This document shows, in pieces, positions 19,523-29,312 of a DNA stretch of 64,000 bases; position 1 is the stretch's first letter; every line of letters starts with the position of its first letter. Position numbers and translations under genes: made by a program. Origin of the DNA: Longimicrobiales bacterium (lineage in GTDB: Bacteria > Gemmatimonadota > Gemmatimonadetes > Longimicrobiales > Gaopeijiaceae); assembly GCA_965248195.1 (NCBI GenBank), contig CBDFIQ010000002.1:2720001-2784000 (forward strand), read 5' to 3'. Under the pieces are notes generated by a model, which was given only the letters and a program-made list of their open reading frames with translations, was not told where the DNA came from and made no database searches.

Positions 19523-21910
19523 AGCGCGCAAGCGGGATCGGCCACCTGAAGCCGTTCCTTCCGGGCCTGGAGACGCTCCTCGAGGACCCGGAGGTCTCCG
19601 AGATCATGATCAACGGACCCGGCAACGTCTGGATCGAGCGAGGCGGCCGGCTCGAGCCCCACGAGGCGCCGGGACTCACCGCCGCCTGGCTCCACCGCGC
19701 CGCGATCCACATCGCCCGGCCGCTCGGCCTCGATCCCGCCGCCAGACCCATCCTCGATGCCCGTCTCGAGGACGGCTCAAGGGTCGCCATCTGCACGCCG
19801 CCCGCGAGTCCCGAGGTCGCCATCACCATACGCCGGTTCGGGGGCCGCGCGTTCTCGGCGGTAGTGTCCCTAGATTTGTGTAAAAGCGGATAAGCTGGAC
19901 AGGAGGGAAAGAAAAACGGAAGCTCCTCTGTTGTTGTTCACTGTCACATGAACCCGGGAGTCCGGGTCTGCAGAGCAGGCTCGGAACCGGAGAGGAGCTT
20001 CCGATGCAAGAGATTGTGGAGATCGGTCGGGCCACGCAAGACGAGCTACGCGATGATTTGCGCGAGCTGTTTCAAGGCGCGATCCGGCTGACGCTCGAGA
20101 TGGTGCTGGAAGAGGAGCTGAAGGCCATGGTAGGTGCACGCCGCTTCGAGCGGGTGGGAAGCCGGAAGGACCATAGGAACGGCACATACCTGAGGCGGCT
20201 GCTGACGAGCCTGGGGCAGATCGAGGTCGCCATGCCCCGGAGCCGGGACAACGGTTCGCCGGCCGACGTGATCGGCCGCTACCAGCGCAGGAGCCCCGAG
20301 CTCGACGAGATGATGGTCGAGGCGTATGTGAGCGGCGTGTCACAGCGCAAGATGGGCGACGTCACCGAGGCGCTGATGGGCGAGCGTGTTGGGCGCTCGA
20401 CGGTGAGTCGTGTGGCAAAACGGCTCGACGAGGCCGTGGAAGGGCTGCGCCGTGCGCCGATCGAGGGGCCTCACCCCTATCTGTACCTGGACGCCACGTT
20501 CTTGGACGCCCGCTGGGCCCGCAAAGTCGAGAACGTGAGTGCGCTCGTGGCGTATGCAGTGGGCCCTGAGGGTCACCGACGGCTCCTGGCCGTCACGCTG
20601 GGCGCTGAGGAGTCGCAGCAGAGCTGGTCGGAGCTCCTCGAGCAACTCCAGGACCGCGGCCTCGGCGGTGTCGAGCTCGTGATCGCCGATGAGCACGCAG
20701 GCCTGGCAGCTGCGGTCCGCCGCTTCCTGCCCGAGGCACGCCGTCAGAGGTGTACGGTCCATCTGCAGCGTAATGTGGGGGCGAGGGTCCCCCACCGCCT
20801 ACGCAAGCGCATGGCGCGTGAGGTCTCGGTGATCTTCCAGACATCCGGACTCGCCGAGGCGAAGAAGCTCCTGGGCGAGTTCGGCGCACGCTGGAAGAAG
20901 GAGCTGCCCGAGGCCGTGGAGGTCCTGGAGCGGGGCTTCGGGGCAGCGACGCAGTTCTACGCGTTCCCCGAGGCGCACTGGCCCCGGCTGCGTACCACCA
21001 ACAGCCTCGAGCGGCTGCACGGCGAGATCAAACGCAGGATCAAGGCCGCCGGCGCCTTCCCGGACCGGGCCAGCGCCCTCAGGCTCATCACGGCCGTCGC
21101 ACTCAGGACCACACACGTCTGGGGCGACCGGCGTTACCTCGACCTCTCACTCCTCCAGAAACAGGAGGTCGCCCAAGCAGCCTAGCCGAAGGCGAGGAGC
21201 TTCCTCCGCTTTTACACACAAATCGGGACTTGACCCTCTCGGCTCAGGACCTGGTGCGCATGGGCTCGCTGCCGGAGACGGTCCTCGGGGCCGGCCGGTC
21301 GGCCCTCTTGGCCCGCAGGAACATCCTGGTCTCCGGAGGCACGGGCTCGGGCAAGACGACGCTCCTCAACGCGCTGATCGAGTTGCTGCCAGAAGACGAG
21401 CGGATCGTCGCCATCGAGGACACGCTCGAACTCAGGATCGACCGCGCCAACTGCCTCCGCTTCGAGGCCGGAGCTGTCGGCACCGAGACCTCCGTCTCGA
21501 TCCGCGACCTGGTGCGGCACGCGCTGCGCCACCGGCCCGACCACATCGTCGTCGGCGAGGTCAGGGGCGGCGAGGCCGCCGATCTGCTCCAGGCGCTCAA
21601 CACCGGCCACGGCGGCTCGCTGACCACCATCCACGCGAACAACGCCCGCTCCGCGCTCTCGCGCCTGGCGAGCTGCGCCATGCAGGCCGAAGGCGCGCTT
21701 CCCTGGGAGGTCACCTGCCGGGGCGTCGTGGACGGGATCGCACTTGTGCTGCACACGACCCGGCAACGGGGCAGGCGGTTCGTCGAGGAGGCGCTCGAAG
21801 TGCGCGGCTACGACGCGGCCAAGGGCCGCTGGATCGCCGAACCGATCTGGAGCGGGTCTGACGAAGCCCCGCAAGAACAGCACCCACACACCAAGGAGGT
21901 GAACCCATGA
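19519..21910 (+). pseudogene. virB11: VirB11/CpaF-family ATPase interrupted by IS256 (19519-19859 + 21244-21910)
   Basis: VSEIMINGP...TIRRF before the IS; SGGTGSGKTT, IEDTLE, LRHRPDHIVVGEVRG after; frame restored when IS plus 8 bp are removed. Confidence 0.93.
19860..21235 (+). mobile_element. IS256-family element, copy 3 (transposase 20004-21185)
   Basis: Same IRs; V->M change versus other copies; flanks ttctcggc / ctctcggc (7 of 8 match). Confidence 0.97.
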
Positions 21911-22107
21911 AAGGCGACGAGAACATCGTTCGCGTCGAGACGCTCGATGACTTCGACCGCGAACTCGCGCGCGACGGAGGCGAGGCCCTCGAGGTGCCGG
22001 CCTCGCTGGCCGAAGAGTACGGCCTCTTCTCCGAGGACGTGGGCAGCGAGGACGAGATCCGCGACGCCGGAGAGGATCCGCACGGCCCCGAGGAGGAAGA
22101 GCTATGA
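21907..22107 (+). CDS. Small highly acidic protein (66 aa)
   Basis: aaggaggt RBS; overlaps both neighbours by 4 nt; 24 of 66 residues D/E. Confidence 0.7.
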   Translation: MKGDENIVRVETLDDFDRELARDGGEALEVPASLAEEYGLFSEDVGSEDEIRDAGEDPHGPEEEEL

Positions 22108-23132
22108 AACACGACGAATACCACCGCCAGTTCGCCGAGGGGATCATCGAGCAGATCCGCCAGGGCACCGCGCCGTGGCAGAAGCCCTGGGGGCCGGGCG
22201 AGCGCGTGCTCCCCTCCAACGTCGATAGGGGCCGCTCCTACAGGGGCGGGAACAGCCTGCATCTCGCCGCCGTGCAGCAGGAGCGTGGCTACGGCGACGT
22301 GCGCTGGGGCACCTACCGCCAGATCCAGGCCCAAGGCGGACAGGTGCGCAAGGGCGAGCAGGGCACTCGCATCCTCTCGTTCCAGGACCACCGGAAGATC
22401 GCCGTCAACGACGAGCGCGGACGGCCCAAGAGGGACAACGAAGGCAAGCGCGTTTACCGCCACGAGCGCCTCCAGGCGCCCTTCGTCCGCCAGTACACCG
22501 TGTTCAACGCCGAGCAGGCCGACGGGCTCCCGGCCCGGCCCACACCCACGGCCGAGCCGCTCTGGAAGGTGCACCAGCAGGCCGAACGCGTCCTCGTGGA
22601 CAGCGGGGTCCCCGTCCGTCACGTGGCGGGCGACCGGGCGTTCTACAACCTGAACCGCGACGAGATCGTGCTGCCCGAGCGTGGACAGTTCCCCTCCGCG
22701 AACCACTACTACCAGACCGCGCTCCACGAGCTGGGGCACAGCACCGGCCACCCGGAGCGGATGAACCGCCCAACACTGATCGAAGGGATCGGCGACGGGT
22801 TCGCCTCACCGGCCTATGCGAAGGAGGAGCTCCGCGCCGAAATCAGCGCCATGATGACAGGCGAGCGCGTGGGCGTCGGCCATGACCCGAGCCGGGGCGC
22901 CGCGTACGTCGAGGGGTGGGTCGCCGCGCTCGAGGAGGATCCGCGCGAGATCCGCCGCGCCGCCGCCGACGCGCAGAAGATCTCCGACTTCGTGCTCTCG
23001 CGGCACCGCGAGCGCGAGGCCGTGCGCGAACCCGCGGCCGTGGCCGCGACCCGCGCGCCCGCGCCGGGGCGGATCGTCCATCCCGTGCCGCCGCTCCCCG
23101 TGCCGGAGCGGACCTTCGGGCCGCGCCGCTGA
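22104..23132 (+). CDS. ardC: ArdC-family antirestriction / ssDNA-binding protein with zincin-like domain
   Basis: APWQKPW, YRGGNSL, WGTYRQIQAQGGQVRKGE, VFNAEQ, LHELGH, YAKEELRAE. Confidence 0.92.
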   Translation: MKHDEYHRQFAEGIIEQIRQGTAPWQKPWGPGERVLPSNVDRGRSYRGGNSLHLAAVQQERGYGDVRWGTYRQIQAQGGQVRKGEQGTRILSFQDHRKIAVNDERGRPKRDNEGKRVYRHERLQAPFVRQYTVFNAEQADGLPARPTPTAEPLWKVHQQAERVLVDSGVPVRHVAGDRAFYNLNRDEIVLPERGQFPSANHYYQTALHELGHSTGHPERMNRPTLIEGIGDGFASPAYAKEELRAEISAMMTGERVGVGHDPSRGAAYVEGWVAALEEDPREIRRAAADAQKISDFVLSRHREREAVREPAAVAATRAPAPGRIVHPVPPLPVPERTFGPRR

Positions 23133-23138
23133 CGGTCG

Positions 23139-24041
23139 GTGAGGAGCCAGGAGATGTTCGACCGCACGGTCGAACCGGACCCGCGGACCGCCGCGCCACA
23201 AAGCCGCAATCGCTACCGCATGCGGGACGGCCACCGCCGAGAATACGCCGCGAGCCGGGACCGCGGGTCCACCTCCTTCCCCGAACGGTGCGCGCGCGGG
23301 CTCGCCGACATCGGCGTCTACGGCGCCGTCTCGTACCGCGACCTCGCCGAGGCCCGCTTCGGCGGCCATCCCTACACCACCCGGCGGGCCGTGAACGCCT
23401 GGGTACGCGACGGGCTCGTCACCGAGACCACGGCCACCGGACCCGGGGGCAACCCGTTCAAGGTCCTGACGCTCACCCGCAGCGGCGTGGCCGAGGCCCG
23501 GAAGCGGGCCGCCGAACGGGGGATGGATCCCAGCCAGGAAATCCGGTTCGCACGCACCCGGCCTGCCGAAGCCGCGCACGACACCGCCGTCTACCGCGCC
23601 TGCATGAAGGAGAAACAGCGCCTGCTCGAACAGGGCGCCACCGTGCGGCGCATCCGGCTCGACACCGAACTCAAGAGCGCCGTCGCGCGCGGGAGCGAGG
23701 CGGCGCGGCTGAAGGACGGCAAGCGGGCCGCCGATGCCGAACGGCACCGCACCGCCGGCGAACTCGGACTCCCCCTCGACGACGAAGGGCACGTGCTCTA
23801 CCCGGACGCCCAGATCGAGTACACCGACGCCGACGGCCGCACTGGACGCGTCAACATCGAGGTCGCGTCCGGCAACTACCGCGAAGGGGCCATCAAGGCG
23901 AAAGCGGCGGCCGGGTTCGCGCTCCACGCCAACGGACCGGCCGCGGCGCGGCTGCTGCGCACGCTCGGCCTTGGCGGCGGCGGCGACCGCTCCTCGCTGC
24001 GGGGACCCGCCCACCGCGATCCGGCCGCAGTCGAACTCTGA
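23139..24041 (+). CDS. Winged-helix + PD-(D/E)XK-like protein (replication-relaxation-like relaxase candidate)
   Basis: wHTH-like N-part; AHDTAVY; YPDAQIEY...VNIEVASGNY...KAK. Confidence 0.6.
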   Translation: MRSQEMFDRTVEPDPRTAAPQSRNRYRMRDGHRREYAASRDRGSTSFPERCARGLADIGVYGAVSYRDLAEARFGGHPYTTRRAVNAWVRDGLVTETTATGPGGNPFKVLTLTRSGVAEARKRAAERGMDPSQEIRFARTRPAEAAHDTAVYRACMKEKQRLLEQGATVRRIRLDTELKSAVARGSEAARLKDGKRAADAERHRTAGELGLPLDDEGHVLYPDAQIEYTDADGRTGRVNIEVASGNYREGAIKAKAAAGFALHANGPAAARLLRTLGLGGGGDRSSLRGPAHRDPAAVEL

Positions 24042-24059
24042 CTACGGGAGAAGCCCGCC

Positions 24060-24374
24060 ATGCAACCCTGGAAGATCAGCGCCGGCCTCACCGCCGCCAT
24101 CGCGGGGTCTGCCGTGCTGCTCGCCGGGCCGCGCCTCGAATACCTCGCGCCGTATTGGCCGCTCCTCCTCGCCGAACACGGCGTCTTGCTCGCCCTCCAC
24201 CTGGCGCTCGCACTCGCAGCCGTTGCGGCCGCCATCTACGCCGTCGCACGCGCCGCCGGGCTCGCCGACCTCGGCCGGCGCGTCGATCTCGCCGAACGCT
24301 CCGTTCGGCGCGGCGAGGGGGACCCGGCCCTCACCGACGCGCTCCGCAGAGACGCCGAGGGCGACTGGGAATGA
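24060..24374 (+). CDS. Small membrane protein
   Basis: Two hydrophobic helices; coupled to the next gene. Confidence 0.65.
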   Translation: MQPWKISAGLTAAIAGSAVLLAGPRLEYLAPYWPLLLAEHGVLLALHLALALAAVAAAIYAVARAAGLADLGRRVDLAERSVRRGEGDPALTDALRRDAEGDWE

Positions 24375-24811
24375 AAGCGGAGACCGGGCGGGCGGCGGGC
24401 CGACGGGATCGACCCAACCGTGCGCGCACACCTCGCGGCGCGTCCGTCGAGACCCTGCCAGCCACCTGGCGGACGCAGGCCAAGGCGCTCCGCCGGTACG
24501 GGGGCGAGACGCCGGCCGTCGCGCTCGAAAGCTGCGCGGCCGAGCTCGAGGCCACGCTCAGGGAGAGGGACGAGACCACCCTCTCGCTGACGGAGGCCGC
24601 CAGGGAGAGCGGCTACTCCGCTGACCATCTCGGCCGCCTCGTGCGCGACGGCAGGATCCCCAACGCCGGAAGGCCCGGCGCGCCCAGGATCGCCCGCAGC
24701 CACCTGCCACGGAAGGCACCAGCCGAGCCGCCACTGGTCAACGAGCTTCGTCCGCGCCAAGTTTCAAACGCGCAGATCGTGCAGTCCATCATCGAGAGAG
24801 GAATCGAATGA
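24371..24811 (+). CDS. Excisionase-like HTH protein
   Basis: LSLTEAARESGYSADHLGRLVRDGRIP; overlaps integrase start. Confidence 0.75.
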   Translation: MKAETGRAAGRRDRPNRARTPRGASVETLPATWRTQAKALRRYGGETPAVALESCAAELEATLRERDETTLSLTEAARESGYSADHLGRLVRDGRIPNAGRPGAPRIARSHLPRKAPAEPPLVNELRPRQVSNAQIVQSIIERGIE

Positions 24812-25971
24812 TGGCACGCACGAAACCTATCCGGCGCAGCTACGGCGCTGGCGAATGGGGCCGGAACCGGGTACGGGTCTTTCCCGATCCCAAGACCGGC
24901 CTGTTCCAGATCGAGTGGCGCGACAACGGGCGCAGGCTCACAAGGTCGCTGAAGCACCGCGACTGGAGACGGGCGAAGCGGCAGGCGGACGAGTTCGCCG
25001 CTGGCTACCTCGGGCCGGATCTCCACCGCAAGGCGGACGCCGAGCCCGAGCCACTCACCCTGGAGACGCTTTTTGACATCTACGGTGAAGAGGTGACGCC
25101 CACCAAGCGTGGGCAGTCGCGGCTGCACGACAGGGCCGCGATGAGGATGTTCCTCGGGTGCTTCGGCAGGGACCGGAAGCCCGCAACGCTCTCCCAGCGC
25201 GACTGGGACCGGTTCATCCGGGAGCGCCGGGCGGGCAGGGTTGGCCCGAGCGGCAAACCCGTGTCCGACCGGATGATCGAACGGGACTTGAAGTTCCTGC
25301 TCGCGGTCCTCAACTGGGCCGTGAAGTCGAGGGACGAGCGGGGCGAACTGCTCCTCGGCTCGAACCCGCTCAAGGGCCTGAAGACGCCCACGGAGAAGAA
25401 CCCGACACGGGTGATGCTTACCGAGGAAGAATACCGGGTCCTGCTCCACGTGTCTCTGGAGATGGACTGGCGCTTTCACGTTGCTCTGGTCCTCGCACAC
25501 GAGACAGGACACCGCATCGGCGCCATCCGTCAGCTTCAATGGTCGGACATCGACCTTGAATGCGGAGTGGTGCGGTGGCGCGCAGAGCACGACAAGTCGG
25601 GCTACGAGCACCGGACGCCGGTCACCGCCGAGGCGCTCGCCGCCCTAGAGGAGGCGCGAAAGAGGAATCCCGGGATCGGGGACGCGCCCGTGCTGCCCTC
25701 GCCGCAGGATCGCTCGAGGTGCGTGAGCTGTTCGTGGACGCAGCGCTGGTGGGAGAAGGCCGTAGCGCTCGCAGGGCTGGAATCCAAGCGTGGCCGCGGC
25801 TGGCACTCCCTAAGGCGGAAGTTCGCCTCCGACCTCATGGACCAGCCGCTCAAAGTGCTCTGCGAACTCGGCGGTTGGAAGGAGGCCAAGACGGTGCTGC
25901 ACTGCTACCAGCGGGCCGATGAGGCACAGCTCAGGAAGGCTCTGGAAAGCCGCCGCAGAGTTCGCGCCTGA
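24808..25971 (+). CDS. Tyrosine recombinase/integrase
   Basis: ETGHRIGAI (R), WHSLRRKF (HxxR), LGGW, HCYQ (Y). Confidence 0.95.
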   Translation: MMARTKPIRRSYGAGEWGRNRVRVFPDPKTGLFQIEWRDNGRRLTRSLKHRDWRRAKRQADEFAAGYLGPDLHRKADAEPEPLTLETLFDIYGEEVTPTKRGQSRLHDRAAMRMFLGCFGRDRKPATLSQRDWDRFIRERRAGRVGPSGKPVSDRMIERDLKFLLAVLNWAVKSRDERGELLLGSNPLKGLKTPTEKNPTRVMLTEEEYRVLLHVSLEMDWRFHVALVLAHETGHRIGAIRQLQWSDIDLECGVVRWRAEHDKSGYEHRTPVTAEALAALEEARKRNPGIGDAPVLPSPQDRSRCVSCSWTQRWWEKAVALAGLESKRGRGWHSLRRKFASDLMDQPLKVLCELGGWKEAKTVLHCYQRADEAQLRKALESRRRVRA

Positions 25972-26043
25972 GACCAATCAGCGGGAATCAAACGGCGGGA
26001 ACCCGGTTGGGTACGTCCGTAAGTTCAATTACCCCAAGCAGAT

Positions 26044-26916
26044 GTGAACCTGTCGGCTTCTGCCCCTACGGCCTCGCTCGATTTCCTCTCCATTCTCGAC
26101 GCGGAGATGGTGGATCGCGGATTACGCTACGAGATCGTCGAGGTGCAGGAAAACACCCGGGTTACCCTGCCCGTGGCCATTGATTTCGGGACCGGTATGG
26201 TTTCGGAGGCTATTGATTTCACGGACAGAGACGTCGTGTTGGCGCGCTCGGACGTAACGATCACGAATATCGCCAGCGGTAACTATCAGGCCGTTGTCCC
26301 CGTGGGCCCTGTGACGCTGAAGAGGGGTTGGATTCGGGTGGAGGCGGACTACAGGGGCCAAATCTATAACTTCGTGAACACGCACCTGGAGGTTCAGTCG
26401 ATCGCGCCGGTGCAGGCGGCCCAGTTGCAGGAGTTGCGCGGGAGCGTGCTCGCGGGGCTGGACGGCGTGACGATTCTCGCAGGGGATCTCAATTCCGATG
26501 CAGAGGCCGGCCCTGGTGATCCCTCCTGGACACCGACGTACGGTGAGCTGATCACCGCGGGTTTCGTGGACACGTGGGATCAGGTGCACCCGCATCGGCC
26601 CGGATTCACGTGTTGTCACGATAAAGACCTACGCAACCTTCGGGGGGCCTTCGATGAACGCATCGACTTCGTCCTGGTCCGTGACGATCGTGGCCCCTTC
26701 GATCAGCGGGTGATCGAGGCGGTTCGAGCACAGGTCGTAGGCGACGAAACCGACGACTTGACCACCAGTGGCCTTTGGCCTTCGGACCACGCTGGGGTGA
26801 TCTCACGCATCCGGCTCGTTTCGCCGACGTTGGCGGACGATGACGATGACGACGACGATGATGACGACGACGATGACGACGATAACGATGACGATGACGA
26901 CGACGATGAACGTTAG
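26044..26916 (+). pseudogene. Endonuclease/exonuclease/phosphatase family protein, N-truncated, with poly-Asp tail
   Basis: NTHLE, GDLNSD, RIDFV, PSDH motifs; in-frame stop at 26020 upstream, LQEV region absent. Confidence 0.8.
26836..26907 (+). repeat. GAC/GAT trinucleotide tract encoding poly-Asp
   Basis: gacgatgacgatgacgacgacgat... run. Confidence 0.9.
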
Positions 26917-27042
26917 GATTCATCGCTGAGCTTGGTCACCACCCTGGGGCTCGCCGTCCCGGGGTGGTGAGGCCGGGCGATCTTCCTACGTGTGCGCGCT
27001 CACCAGGTGATTCGCCGGCGGCCGTCGGACACGGTCGACGAC

Positions 27043-28185
27043 TTAGCGCGTCATGTCCTCGGCGAGGAAAAGATCCGCCACCTCGAGCCCGAGCGTACCG
27101 GGCCTGATGTCACCCATGTTGCAGAGCGCCCACGTCGCGAATCCTTGCTCCGGGAAGCGCACGTAGGAAGCCTGGAACCCCATGTACGAACCGCCGTGGC
27201 CGATCGTCTCGAGGCCACCGTGTTCGCCCGCCTGGATGCCGAAGGCGTAATCCAGGACCTCGCCACTGTTGAGGATCCCTTTGGAATACATCGTCTGCAT
27301 GAATCCGGGTCCGCCCAGCTGGTTGTTTCTGAAGTTGCGCTCCCACTGCAGCAGATCCTCGACGGTGGTGTAGAGCCCACCAGGCCCGGGTATGGCGAAA
27401 TTTCCTTGGTAGCTCTGGTAGTATTTCCCCTCGAGGCCTTGATCTCCATCCTGCCTGGGTTGGTAGCTGAGGGCCCGCCGCTCGACGATGTGCACCGGAT
27501 CGTCGTGGAAGTGTGTGTCGGTCATGCCGAGTGGCTCGAACATTTTCTCGGTGGTGTACTCGCGCAGGGATTTCCCGCTGGCCCGTTCGACGATCATAGC
27601 GAGCGAGAAGTATCCCCCATTGGAGTACCGATATTGTTCCCCGGGCTGGAAATCGAGTTCTTGGAGAGCGAGCAGCTCGAGGGCTTGTTCACGGGTGAAG
27701 CGATCCCAAGTCGAGTGCCCGTTTTGCTCCATCACACGCCATATCCCCGGCAGCCCGCTCGTGTGGTGGACCAGGTGCCGTACGGTGATGGCCGGGTTCC
27801 GGACGGGCATCTCGGGCAGATAGGTCCGAATGTCGGCGTCGAGATCGACCTCGCCTTCATCGGCTAGCAGGGCGATGGCGGCTGCGGTGAACTGTTTCGC
27901 GACGGAGCCCACGTAAAAGACCGTGGTGGGTGTGATGGGGATGTCCCAATCCAGGTTCGCGTACCCGTATCCATTCTTGTAGACGAACTCGCCGTCCTGG
28001 GCGACCCCAAGGGCGCATCCGACGGATCCCGGCATGTCGTAGTCGGCGAAGACGGCGTCGATCTGACTGGCGGGCGGGGTCTGGACCGCCCGTAGTTCGG
28101 CAGCTGTCGAAAAAGCACCGACGGTGACCAGTGCCACGAACGTGCGGATGGTGAAAGCGGTAAGGGATCTCTGAATGGGACTCAT
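27043..28185 (-). CDS. Serine hydrolase, beta-lactamase class C-like
   Basis: Signal peptide; SVAK, YSN, HGG motifs. Confidence 0.92.
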   Translation of the reverse strand: MSPIQRSLTAFTIRTFVALVTVGAFSTAAELRAVQTPPASQIDAVFADYDMPGSVGCALGVAQDGEFVYKNGYGYANLDWDIPITPTTVFYVGSVAKQFTAAAIALLADEGEVDLDADIRTYLPEMPVRNPAITVRHLVHHTSGLPGIWRVMEQNGHSTWDRFTREQALELLALQELDFQPGEQYRYSNGGYFSLAMIVERASGKSLREYTTEKMFEPLGMTDTHFHDDPVHIVERRALSYQPRQDGDQGLEGKYYQSYQGNFAIPGPGGLYTTVEDLLQWERNFRNNQLGGPGFMQTMYSKGILNSGEVLDYAFGIQAGEHGGLETIGHGGSYMGFQASYVRFPEQGFATWALCNMGDIRPGTLGLEVADLFLAEDMTR

Positions 28186-28334
28186 TGTTACTCCTTGAGT
28201 GCTGGACATCGTTCGCCTCCTGCTTTGCGCACCTTCTTCGCGTATTATGCGAGTCTCGTCCGCCCCACGACAGCACCACGCCTTACAAGGGCCAATTATA
28301 GGGGACAGCTCGTGACCCAGGAGACTCGTATCTC

Positions 28335-28799
28335 ATGACTCAGGGGACTTGGAGCCCCGATGCCTTGCGGGCCCGCCTTGAAACCTACGGACCCTATATG
28401 GGCGCCGGCGTGCTCGTCACCCACATCGCCGAGGACGCCAGCGAGGTCCGCGTCGAGATGCCGCTCACCGAGAGCAATGTCAACCTCGTGGGGACTCACT
28501 TCGGGGGCAGTCTGTACTCGATGGTCGATCCGCATCTTATGCTACTGATGATCCAGCGCCTGGGGCCCGACTATGTGGTCTGGGACAAGGAGGCGAACAT
28601 CGACTTCCGAAAACCCGGCCTGGGCACCGTGCACGCCACGATCCGCATCACCGACGAAGAAGTCGAGGCCATTCGCTCCGCGACGGCGAACGGCGACAAG
28701 CATCTGCCGCAGTGGACGCTCGAGATATTCAACGAGCAGGACGAAGTGGTCGCGACGGTCCTCAAGACGCTCTACGTCCGTCGGAGACGCGAGAGCTGA
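28335..28799 (+). CDS. Hotdog-fold thioesterase-like protein (DUF4442 type)
   Basis: NLVGTHFGGSLYSMVDP; VVWDK..IDFRKPG. Confidence 0.85.
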   Translation: MTQGTWSPDALRARLETYGPYMGAGVLVTHIAEDASEVRVEMPLTESNVNLVGTHFGGSLYSMVDPHLMLLMIQRLGPDYVVWDKEANIDFRKPGLGTVHATIRITDEEVEAIRSATANGDKHLPQWTLEIFNEQDEVVATVLKTLYVRRRRES

Positions 28800-28894
28800 T
28801 CCGCCTTCTCGTCCGAAATCAGCTCGTCCAGCTCAGCGCTCTCGTCTCGTCCAGATCCGATTAGCGTCCCCGTCGGATCAGCGACCTCGTCGGG

Positions 28895-29112
28895 TCCAGT
28901 TCGGGGACGTAATCGTGGACATCCGCGACACGATCAACGACATGATCGTAAGCGGGATGCACTTGGAGGAAGTGCTCGCCGCGAGACCCACGGCGGAGTA
29001 CGACGAACGGTGGGGACAGGTCCCCACGTGGAATGCGAAGGACATCGTGCCCATCATCTACAACGAACTCGGCGGTGGGCCGACTCTGCCCCGCGGCGGT
29101 GACGGGCTGTAG
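28895..29112 (+). pseudogene. C-terminal fragment of an MBL-fold hydrolase
   Basis: IRDTINDMIVSGMHLEEVLAARPTAEYDERWG resembles MBL-fold C-termini; no N-terminus. Confidence 0.5.
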
Positions 29113-29312
29113 CCGGGGCTGGTGGTTCCCGATCCCGAGTCGATGGTGGGCGCGGGATCGAGCCATCCCGGTGAGGGTTCGGCAGACCGGAAAGAGCCAT
29201 GAGATCATGCCCGCTGGCGCGAGCGGACGCCACGACCGATGTTGACCCCCTTGAGCGCCGCGCTTCTAGGGCGGCCAAGTCGCCTGAAAGGTTCTTCGAG
29301 AAGGGGGATACA

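Larger units (their letters stand above)
5910..26040 (+). mobile_element. Integrative conjugative element (left boundary not visible)
   Basis: Co-oriented T4SS, coupling protein, ArdC, excisionase-like HTH and tyrosine integrase. Confidence 0.85.

Noticed and set aside
8975..19531. Long antisense and alternate-frame ORFs (838, 486, 863 aa and others)
   Set aside because: Shadow ORFs of GC-rich T4SS genes with no motifs
25972..26043. tRNA at the integrase end
   Set aside because: No cloverleaf, T-loop or CCA pattern visible
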